Source: Bacteroidia bacterium (GTDB lineage Bacteria; Bacteroidota; Bacteroidia; Bacteroidales; VadinHA17). From it: DNA of 64,000 bases. Shown here in pieces: positions 53,145-61,548 of this stretch. A program made the position numbers and the translations under genes. The first letter of the stretch is position 1. Each line of letters starts with the position of its first letter. The stretch spans positions 1 to 64,000 of the forward strand of contig JAPLDX010000048.1 in NCBI GenBank assembly GCA_026391215.1, written 5' to 3'. The notes under the pieces are model-generated. The model saw only the letters and a program-made list of their open reading frames with translations, was not told the origin of the DNA and ran no database searches.

Positions 53145-56100
53145 GCTTCAGTACAGGCACAGATGATCTTTGCAGATAACATCCGGCCTTCAACCCTCGA
53201 TTTGCATTGGCATCGCGGCAACGGATCAGCTTGTGCTGTATTTGCCCGTAAAGGAAACAACGGGACTGCATCACCAGTCAATGGAACTTCCTATACGGCT
53301 GACAGACAGTTCGGTGCAGGTACGCAGATAGGGACAACCGGATGGTACTGTGTTTATAACGGGACAGGTAATAATGTAAATATAACCGGACTGGAACCGC
53401 TGAAAACCTATATCTTCCATGTTATAGAGTATGAAAACGGGCCAGCTTACTACACCAAAAAAGGACAGAGTAATCCATTTGTTACCCAAACCGACCTGTT
53501 TGTAGAGCAAACCTCTGTAACCCTGCAGGCAGTAAGCGGCGGATCAGTAGTATGGGGAGATTATGACAGAGATGGCGACCTGGACATACTGCTGACCGGA
53601 GGAGGCGTTTCGAAAATATACCGGAATAATAATGACAATACTTTCTCGGAACAAACAACCATTGTTCTGCCCGGCGTGACAAACAGTTCTTCATCATGGA
53701 GCGACTTTGATAACGACGGTGATCTCGACATTTTACTTACAGGCGGGAATATTGCAAAAATCTTCCGTAATAATGGTGATAATATCTTTACCGAACAGTC
53801 TTCCATAACTCTGCCGGGAGTCACTTATGGTTCAGCAGCATGGGGCGATTACGATAATGACGGCTATCAGGATATTCTTCTTACAGGCCGGCTCAGCAGT
53901 ATGGAGTATACATCCAGAATCTTCAGGAACAATGGAAACGCTACATTTACAGAACAAACTGACATTGCCATAACAGGAGTCTATAACAGTTCTGTTTCAT
54001 GGGGTGATTATAATAATGACAGTTATCCGGATATATTAGTGACAGGTAACAGCAGCTCTGGTCCGGTTTCGAAGATATACCGTAATAATAAAGACAACAC
54101 TTTCATTGAGCAGACAGGTATCAAGCTGGAAGAAGTAGGATACAGTTCGGCAGTGTGGGGAGATTATGATAATGATGATGACCTGGATATTTTGCTGACG
54201 GGCAACAGTATCTCAAAAGTGTACAGGAATAACGGTAATAATACTTTCTCTGAACAGCCTGGTATAATACTTCAGGGAGTTGCTTACAGCTCGGCAGCCT
54301 GGGCTGATTTTGATAACGACAGTAATTCAGATATAGTTATTACCGGTACAACAAACGGAACTGCATCAGGGGCAGTCACGAAATTCTACCGCAATAATGG
54401 CGATAATACTTTCGCGGAACAATCAGGTATAAGCCTTGCAGGAATTTTTAACAGTTCAATAGCATGCGGTGATTACAACAATGATGGCAAGCTTGATATT
54501 CTTCTTACAGGAAGTAATGCGGATGGTTCTGCAGTATCTAAACTATATACAAATTACTGTGCAACAAGCAGGATAAAGCCGGGTATTCCGGTACTGGTTT
54601 CAAATGCAGTATCCGATTCATCAATAATGTTGAAATGGAACAGGGTGCTGCGGAATGGCAAGCCTGTCAGGGGAATGAGTTACAATGTAAGGATTGGATA
54701 TTCACCGGAGGCCAATGATGTTATGTCATCAATGGCTTTAACGACTACAGGAACCAGGCTTATCCCAAAGATGGGTAATGTTCAATCCGATACCATTTTT
54801 GAACTTCGGAATCCCAGGCGAAACAATTTTTACTGGAGCGTCCAGGCAATTGACAATGGATTTAATGCGGGAGAATTTACCGAAGATATGGGCTTTAATT
54901 TCTCATCCTGGATCCAGGCTTCCGACCTTTTTGTAAATGATGTCCAGGGAGCAAGGTTGAATCTCTTCTGGAAAAGAGGTAACGGATCAGAATGCCTTGT
55001 ATTTGTAAAAAAAGGGAACAGTGGAACTGCATCACCGGCTAACGGTACTCCTTATGAAGCCAGGGCAAAATTTGGTGCAGGAACCCAGATTGGCACAAGC
55101 GGATGGTTCTGTATTTACACAGGAACAGGCAACAACGTCACTGTGACAAATTTAGAGGGATTAACCGACTATATCTTCGCTGTTGTGGAAACCGATGGAG
55201 GATTTAGTTATTATAATAATTTAAGAGGACATGGTAATCCGCTGGTTGTAAAAACGGGTGCATTTACAGAGGAGAGTTCAATAAGTCTGATTGGAGTAAA
55301 GAATGGTTCAGTCATCCCAGGTGATTATGATAATGACGGCGATCCTGACATCCTGCTTACAGGAAACGGAAGCTCCAAAATATACAGGAACACCGGCAAT
55401 AATAATTTTGCTGCGCAGAATGCGATCATTCTTACAGGTGTATCGGAAGGTTCTTCAGCATGGGGTGATTATGATAACGATAATTATCTTGATATCCTGA
55501 TAACAGGACTTACCAGCGAAAATGCTCCTGTCACAAAGATCTATCATAATAACGGGAACAACACGTTTACTGAACAAGCAGGTTTAACCATACCGGGAGT
55601 TTATAACAGCTCGGTAGCATGGGGGGATTATGATAACGATGGATTTCTGGATATTCTTCTGACCGGCAGATCAGCTGCCAACGATATTATTTCTTCAATT
55701 TACCGCAATAACGGAGACTATACTTTTACAGGGCAAACAGGTATTATCCTTCAGGGAGTATATTCAGGCTCCTGCATATGGGGTGATTATAATAATGATG
55801 CTAATCTCGATATTCTCCTGACAGGATTTAACAGCAATAATATTCCTGTTACAGGTCTCTACCGAAACAATGGAGATAACTCATTTACAGAACAGACAGC
55901 CGTTAATATCAGCGGTGTTGCCAGGAGCTCTGTTGACTGGGGCGATTATGATAATGACGGAGATCTTGATATCCTGATAACCGGACAATCGGGCACAAGC
56001 TTTATTGAATATGTCTCAAAAGTATACCGCAACAACGGAGACAATACCTTTACAGAGCAGACCGGCATTGAGCTTAAAGGAGTTCACAAGGGTTGCGCAG

Positions 56101-59100
56101 CATGGGGCGACTACGATAACGACGGCTTATCAGATATTCTTCTGACAGGAAACTCAGGCACAATTGAGAGCGATTATGTTTCAAAGGTCTACCGGAACAA
56201 TGGCAATAATACTTTTACTGCACAGACCAATATAAACCTCCTGAGTGTTTATAACAGCTCAGCTGAATGGGGAGACTACGATAAGGACGGCAGGCTGGAT
56301 ATTTTCCTTGCAGGTTATAATCCTGATTACGGATCGGTAACCAGGGTTTACAGGAACATGTCTTCGGCATCCAACAACGCACCATTAGCGCCGGCAGGTC
56401 TCATAACGACAAGCAATGAAACATCCCTGATCCTGAGATGGAACAGGGTGCCGGGCGATGCCACACCTGCAAAAGGAATGAGCTACAACGTGCGTATTGG
56501 TACCTCGCCGGGAATAAGCAATGTGGTTTCGACAATGGCATTGACCTCAGGGTCAAGGCTTATAACTGGTTTGGGCAATGCCCAGTCCGATACAATGTTT
56601 GTTCTGAAATATCCTCAGAGAGCAACTTATTACTGGAGCGTTCAGGCTATCGATAATGGCTTTGCTCCAGGTACCTTTGCTGCAGAACAGTCATATGTCT
56701 TCTCAACGCCGGTGCAGGCTTCCCGCCTTTTTGCCGACAGCATTCTTGTTTCAGGGATAACACTTCACTGGAACAGGGGAAATGGATCTGCCTGTGTTGT
56801 TTTTGCAAGAAAAGGTTCCACCGGTACAGCTGCTCCGGTTAATAATACAGATTATACGGATGACAATAACTTCAGTGCCGGAACCGAGATTGACGCCTCA
56901 GGTTGGTACTGCATTTACAGCGGAACAGGAAATAAGGTTAAGGTAACCGGACTGGAGCTTCTGACAGACTATACATTCCAGGTAATAGAATACGATCCGG
57001 GTCCGGTATACTTCACACAGACAGGACAGTCCAATCCTGTTATTGTGCAGACAAGCATATTCTCAGAGCAGACAACTATAAGTCTTGCCGGAGTAACATA
57101 TGGTTCGGTTGCCTGGGGAGATTACGACAACAGCGGTTATCAGGATATTCTGTTAACGGGTACGACAAATGGCAGTTATACGGGTGCTGTAACAAAAATA
57201 TACCGGAACAATGGGAACAATACTTTCTCAGACCAGGTTGTCATAAGCCTTCCTGGTGTGATGAACAGTGCGGGAGCCTGGGGAGATTATAATAATGATG
57301 GTTATCTTGATATACTGCTGAGCGGTCTCGATATAAACAATGCACCTGTTTCAAAGATATTCAGGAACAATGGCAATAACAGCTTTTCAGAACAGACTGA
57401 GATTAGCATTACCGGCGTAAGGGAAAGCTCTGCAGACTGGGCAGACTTAAATAACGACGGGAAGCTTGATATTGTAATTGCAGGAACTTCAGCATCAGGA
57501 GAAATTTCGAAGATCTACATTAACCTGGGCAATAATAAGTTCAGGGAGCAGCAGGGTATCAATCTTCCGGGAGTGACAAATGGTTCTGTTGTATGTGCTG
57601 ATTACAATAATGACGGCTTTACGGATATTTTGATGACCGGATCGGGATTGTCCAGGATTTACCGAAACAGTGGTAACCCATTTTTAATGGAATTTATTGA
57701 ACAGCAGGGCATTGATCTGACAGCTGTTTCAAAGAGCTCTGCAGCCTGGGGCGATTATGATGGCGACGGGGATCCCGATATCCTGCTTACAGGCTATGAT
57801 ATTACCGGTAATGTTCCGGTATCACGGGTTTACAATAATAACAACGACGCCTTCACCATCGCGGATATAAACCTGACAGGAATTGCCGGATCATCAGTCG
57901 CCGACAACTCAGTTATCGGGGCCAGTGAAACAATATGGGGCGATTACGACAATGATGGCGATCCTGATATCCTTCTGACAGGAGAGACATCCTCCGGACG
58001 TATCTGCAGAATTTACACCAATAACGGTAACGGCACCTTCAAGGATCAATCAAATTTCAACCTGCCCGGAATAAGATACAGCTCAGCAGCATGGGGAGAT
58101 TATGATAACGACGGGGACCTGGATATTATCCTTACAGGGGAACAGGGTGCTTCACGAATAACAAAGATTTTCAGGAACGAAATAGCGAAGTATAATGTCA
58201 GGCCCCAGGCACCTGAAAGATTAACCTCAGTGATTGGTGTACACAATACAATACTCTCCTGGGATCCTGTGAAAAATGATGAAACGGCTCCGGAAGGACT
58301 GACATATAATATCAGGATAGGAACAACTTCTGCCGGCAGACAGGTAATGGCTCCGATGGCATCGACCGCAGGAATACGAAGAATAACTGCAATGGGGAAT
58401 GCCCAGCTCGATACCTTTGGAATAATCCAGAACCTGCGGCCAGGAACCTATTACTGGAGTGTTCAGGCGGTCGACAATGTATTTGCCGGAGGAACATTTG
58501 CAGCTGAGGCAAGCTTTACCATCGACAGCATTCAGGCGAGCAATCTGGAAGGCAAGCTGGTTGCAAACAGTAGCAACGCTCTTTCAATAAAATGGACAAA
58601 CGGCAACGGGGAACGAAGAGTTATGTTTTGCAAACAGGGATCAACAGGGACCGCAGTGCCTGCACATAATATAACCTATGGCGCAGATCCCGTATTCGGA
58701 TATGGCGATCAGATAGACAATACCGGCTGGTATTGTATCTTTAATGGCAGAGGTGACAGTACGGTAGTAAGCGGTCTGTCACAGGGAGTGGCATATTCTT
58801 TCCAGGTCATAGAATATATTGGATCTACAGGAAGTGAATTATACTACAGGCTATCAGGCGAAAATAATCCAGGCATTTTCTCATCCGGATTATTCTCAGA
58901 ACAATCAGATATCGCTCTAGATAAGGTATATAACAGCTCAGTTGTCTGGGGTGACTATGACAACGATGGCGACCTTGATATTTTGCTGACCGGTTATAAT
59001 ACACTTGAATCAGGATCAGCTGCTATTTCAAAGATCTACCGCAATAACGGCAACAATTCGTTTACAGAGCAGACAGGCATTAATCTCTTTGGCGTTCAGA

Positions 59101-60370
59101 ATGGCTCAGTTGCGTTTGGCGATTATGATAATGACAATGACCTGGACATCCTGCTTACAGGTATGACCAGCGGCTCATTCCCTGTTTCAAAAATATACAG
59201 GAACAATGGCAACAATACCTTCACCGAGCAGGCAGGTATCAGCCTGATCGGAACAAGCTACTCTTCCGCCAGCTGGAGTGATTTCAACAAGGATGGCTAT
59301 CTTGACATTCTCCTTACCGGTCAGGGCGCCGGATCAAACCTTATATCAAAGATCTACAGGAACAATGGAAATAGTACTTTCACTGAACAGGTTGACATAA
59401 GCCTGGAACGCGTTTCAAAAGGTTCATCTGCCTGGGGAGATTATGATAATGACGGTGATATAGATTTTCTGCTTACAGGCAATAACAGCTATGGAACACA
59501 GCAATCTGTTTCGGTTATCTATGCGAATAACGGCGACAGCACATTTACCGTGCAGTCAGGAATCAGCCTGCCGGGTGTAATGAACAGTTCTGTTGTATGG
59601 GGCGATTACGACAATGATGACGATCTTGATTTACTGCTAACAGGATATAATAATGATGGCACAATGCTTTATATATCAAGAATATACAGGAACGATGGTA
59701 ATAATGTATTTACTTATCAGTCAGGAATAAAGCTCGAGGGTGTGGCTAACAGTTCGACAGCATGGGGTGATTTCGACAATGACGGTGATCTGGATATTTT
59801 ATTGTCCGGCCGTCTTGTATCAGGAGGATTCACCTCAAAGATATACAGAAACAACAGCAATAACACATTTACGGAAGTGCCCGGCACTTCATTTACAGGT
59901 GTCGGCTACTGCTCTGTGGCATGGGGTGATTATGATAACGACGGGGACCTTGATATATTAATGACAGGACAGAGTACCGGTTCAACAGTAGTATCAAAGA
60001 TCTACAGGAACAATGCAATAATGAAGGCAGGGGATTACGGAGCCAACAGAAAGCCAGCTCCACCGGCAAACCTTGCTTCTGTACGTCTGCCTGAGGGTAT
60101 GAAGCTTTCATGGTCACCGGTAAAAACTGATGAAACACCTTATAAGTCATTAACCTATAATATATATGTCAAATCGCGTGAAGAAGGATATCTGACCTTC
60201 TCAGCGCAATCCGACAGTGTCACGGGATTCCGCCGGATAGTATCGATGGGGAATGCCCAGACAGACACGACTTATCTTATAAAGAATCTCACACCGGGGA
60301 AATATGACTGGAAGGTCCAGGCTGTTGACCAGGGTTACAGGGGAGGATACTGGGCTGACGGAGGGATGCT
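30657..60370 (+). repeat. 17 tandem ~1.75-1.8-kb modules [7 x WGDYDNDG blade + FN3-A + FN3-B]
   Basis: Y(W/C/G)SVQA-type FN3-A ends near 31978, 33720, 35452, 37200, 38949, 40693, 42448, 44187, 45951, 47712, 49500, 51272, 53070, 54831, 56631, 58452 and 60303; the last module has no FN3-B. Confidence 0.9.
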
Positions 60371-61376
60371 TAATGCAAAGAATGTCCAGGCTTTCTTCAA
60401 CGCAGGAACAGTATGCCAGGGATCTCCAACGAATTTCACTAACCAGTCGACCGCCTATAAAGAAACAATTCAAAGTTATGCATGGGATTTTGGAGACGGT
60501 ACAACTTCCGTTGAAAAAGAACCAAATCATACTTTCAGCACTTCAGGGATACATAATGTAAAACTGATTGTAACTTCAGTGACTGATATTGATACCCTGA
60601 TAAAGCCCGTTATGGTAAATCCGACTCCGGCACCTGATTTTTCAACGGAAGGTATATGTGAGGATGCTGAAATTACCATTGTAAACCTGACTGTTACACA
60701 AGGTATCAATATCACTGTTTGGGGATGGGAATTCGGAGACGGGCTTACTGATACAGTAAGAAATCCGGGATCGCATGTTTATATAAATTCCGGTGAATAC
60801 CCGGTATCTCTCACTTCCATTACTGATCACGGATGCAGCAGATCCACTGTTAAAGCGATTAACGTTGCTGATGCTCTTTCGAAACCGCAGATGTTTTCAA
60901 AGGGTCCGGTTGTATGGTACCTTGCCTGCAGCAACGACAGTGCAAACTATTACCATTGGTATTGCAACAGGGAACTTATCCAGGGTGCAAGTAGTTTTCT
61001 TTACATCGCTAACCGGAAAGTCGGAAGATATTATGTAAGCATTTCTGATAATGGTCAGTGCTTTACTGCAAGTGATACAGTGGGAATACCGACTGGTTAT
61101 ACCGGAATTGAGGAAATAGATCCGTTTGCCGGACTCACTCTTTACCCCAATCCCACTTCAGGATTAGTTACGATTGATTTTGAGAACCAGTTGTTTGGAG
61201 ACCTGAATATTAAAATACTGACAATTGGGGGTAAGGAGATATACAGCAGCAAGTTCGGGAAAGCGACAGAGCATTTCTCGGGCGAAATTGATCTCAGCGA
61301 TAAGGCGGAAGGGATCTATTTTATTACATTCATCCTGGAGGATTATTCTGCGGTAAGGAAGATAGTCTTAGAATAA
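53145..61376 (+). CDS. Giant surface protein, C-terminal part (4 propellers, 2 PKD, Ig-like, T9SS type-A CTD), in frame with 30585-53144
   Basis: Same frame resumes ASVQAQMIFADNI right after the TAA; no signal peptide at ATG 53163; ends LYPNPTSG...GIYFI...RKIVLE. Confidence 0.88.
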   Translation, partial: ASVQAQMIFADNIRPSTLDLHWHRGNGSACAVFARKGNNGTASPVNGTSYTADRQFGAGTQIGTTGWYCVYNGTGNNVNITGLEPLKTYIFHVIEYENGPAYYTKKGQSNPFVTQTDLFVEQTSVTLQAVSGGSVVWGDYDRDGDLDILLTGGGVSKIYRNNNDNTFSEQTTIVLPGVTNSSSSWSDFDNDGDLDILLTGGNIAKIFRNNGDNIFTEQSSITLPGVTYGSAAWGDYDNDGYQDILLTGRLSSMEYTSRIFRNNGNATFTEQTDIAITGVYNSSVSWGDYNNDSYPDILVTGNSSSGPVSKIYRNNKDNTFIEQTGIKLEEVGYSSAVWGDYDNDDDLDILLTGNSISKVYRNNGNNTFSEQPGIILQGVAYSSAAWADFDNDSNSDIVITGTTNGTASGAVTKFYRNNGDNTFAEQSGISLAGIFNSSIACGDYNNDGKLDILLTGSNADGSAVSKLYTNYCATSRIKPGIPVLVSNAVSDSSIMLKWNRVLRNGKPVRGMSYNVRIGYSPEANDVMSSMALTTTGTRLIPKMGNVQSDTIFELRNPRRNNFYWSVQAIDNGFNAGEFTEDMGFNFSSWIQASDLFVNDVQGARLNLFWKRGNGSECLVFVKKGNSGTASPANGTPYEARAKFGAGTQIGTSGWFCIYTGTGNNVTVTNLEGLTDYIFAVVETDGGFSYYNNLRGHGNPLVVKTGAFTEESSISLIGVKNGSVIPGDYDNDGDPDILLTGNGSSKIYRNTGNNNFAAQNAIILTGVSEGSSAWGDYDNDNYLDILITGLTSENAPVTKIYHNNGNNTFTEQAGLTIPGVYNSSVAWGDYDNDGFLDILLTGRSAANDIISSIYRNNGDYTFTGQTGIILQGVYSGSCIWGDYNNDANLDILLTGFNSNNIPVTGLYRNNGDNSFTEQTAVNISGVARSSVDWGDYDNDGDLDILITGQSGTSFIEYVSKVYRNNGDNTFTEQTGIELKGVHKGCAAWGDYDNDGLSDILLTGNSGTIESDYVSKVYRNNGNNTFTAQTNINLLSVYNSSAEWGDYDKDGRLDIFLAGYNPDYGSVTRVYRNMSSASNNAPLAPAGLITTSNETSLILRWNRVPGDATPAKGMSYNVRIGTSPGISNVVSTMALTSGSRLITGLGNAQSDTMFVLKYPQRATYYWSVQAIDNGFAPGTFAAEQSYVFSTPVQASRLFADSILVSGITLHWNRGNGSACVVFARKGSTGTAAPVNNTDYTDDNNFSAGTEIDASGWYCIYSGTGNKVKVTGLELLTDYTFQVIEYDPGPVYFTQTGQSNPVIVQTSIFSEQTTISLAGVTYGSVAWGDYDNSGYQDILLTGTTNGSYTGAVTKIYRNNGNNTFSDQVVISLPGVMNSAGAWGDYNNDGYLDILLSGLDINNAPVSKIFRNNGNNSFSEQTEISITGVRESSADWADLNNDGKLDIVIAGTSASGEISKIYINLGNNKFREQQGINLPGVTNGSVVCADYNNDGFTDILMTGSGLSRIYRNSGNPFLMEFIEQQGIDLTAVSKSSAAWGDYDGDGDPDILLTGYDITGNVPVSRVYNNNNDAFTIADINLTGIAGSSVADNSVIGASETIWGDYDNDGDPDILLTGETSSGRICRIYTNNGNGTFKDQSNFNLPGIRYSSAAWGDYDNDGDLDIILTGEQGASRITKIFRNEIAKYNVRPQAPERLTSVIGVHNTILSWDPVKNDETAPEGLTYNIRIGTTSAGRQVMAPMASTAGIRRITAMGNAQLDTFGIIQNLRPGTYYWSVQAVDNVFAGGTFAAEASFTIDSIQASNLEGKLVANSSNALSIKWTNGNGERRVMFCKQGSTGTAVPAHNITYGADPVFGYGDQIDNTGWYCIFNGRGDSTVVSGLSQGVAYSFQVIEYIGSTGSELYYRLSGENNPGIFSSGLFSEQSDIALDKVYNSSVVWGDYDNDGDLDILLTGYNTLESGSAAISKIYRNNGNNSFTEQTGINLFGVQNGSVAFGDYDNDNDLDILLTGMTSGSFPVSKIYRNNGNNTFTEQAGISLIGTSYSSASWSDFNKDGYLDILLTGQGAGSNLISKIYRNNGNSTFTEQVDISLERVSKGSSAWGDYDNDGDIDFLLTGNNSYGTQQSVSVIYANNGDSTFTVQSGISLPGVMNSSVVWGDYDNDDDLDLLLTGYNNDGTMLYISRIYRNDGNNVFTYQSGIKLEGVANSSTAWGDFDNDGDLDILLSGRLVSGGFTSKIYRNNSNNTFTEVPGTSFTGVGYCSVAWGDYDNDGDLDILMTGQSTGSTVVSKIYRNNAIMKAGDYGANRKPAPPANLASVRLPEGMKLSWSPVKTDETPYKSLTYNIYVKSREEGYLTFSAQSDSVTGFRRIVSMGNAQTDTTYLIKNLTPGKYDWKVQAVDQGYRGGYWADGGMLNAKNVQAFFNAGTVCQGSPTNFTNQSTAYKETIQSYAWDFGDGTTSVEKEPNHTFSTSGIHNVKLIVTSVTDIDTLIKPVMVNPTPAPDFSTEGICEDAEITIVNLTVTQGINITVWGWEFGDGLTDTVRNPGSHVYINSGEYPVSLTSITDHGCSRSTVKAINVADALSKPQMFSKGPVVWYLACSNDSANYYHWYCNRELIQGASSFLYIANRKVGRYYVSISDNGQCFTASDTVGIPTGYTGIEEIDPFAGLTLYPNPTSGLVTIDFENQLFGDLNIKILTIGGKEIYSSKFGKATEHFSGEIDLSDKAEGIYFITFILEDYSAVRKIVLE

Positions 61377-61377
61377 A

Positions 61378-61441
61378 GGTGCACGGTCCACGGCGAACGG
61401 CACATGATGTTTTATACCCTTGTATCGTGTGCCTTGTGCCG
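61378..61441. repeat. Inverted heptamer arrays (possible terminator/hairpin)
   Basis: ggtgcac ggtccac ggcgaac ggcacat ... ttgtatc gtgtgcc ttgtgcc. Confidence 0.7.
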
Positions 61442-61442
61442 T

Positions 61443-61522
61443 TTTTTCGTCCCAACTTTCTCTGCTTTAGTCAAATAAGTCGAAGAATTCTTGTTTTCGG
61501 TCGAAAATTATAGTAAATTTTG
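61443..61522 (+). promoter_or_regulatory. Conserved promoter cassette, copy C
   Basis: TTTTTCGTC (61443) and GCTTTAGTC (61464) are 21 nt apart; CAAATA 61472, TTGTT 61491, TAAATTTTG 61514. Confidence 0.65.
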
Positions 61523-61548
61523 TTAACATTTCTTTAGACCTGATCGGG

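Noticed and set aside
53163-61376. Independent 2737-aa gene starting at ATG 53163
   Set aside because: It starts mid-linker, has no signal peptide or promoter cassette, and is in frame with the upstream ORF.
30585-61376. Diversity-generating retroelement or invertase-driven variation
   Set aside because: No reverse transcriptase or recombinase in the window, and no template/variable repeat pair with adenine-specific differences was seen.
30585-61376. Module array as a pure assembly artefact
   Set aside because: Modules differ substantially in nucleotide sequence and loop lengths; none looks like an identical copy.
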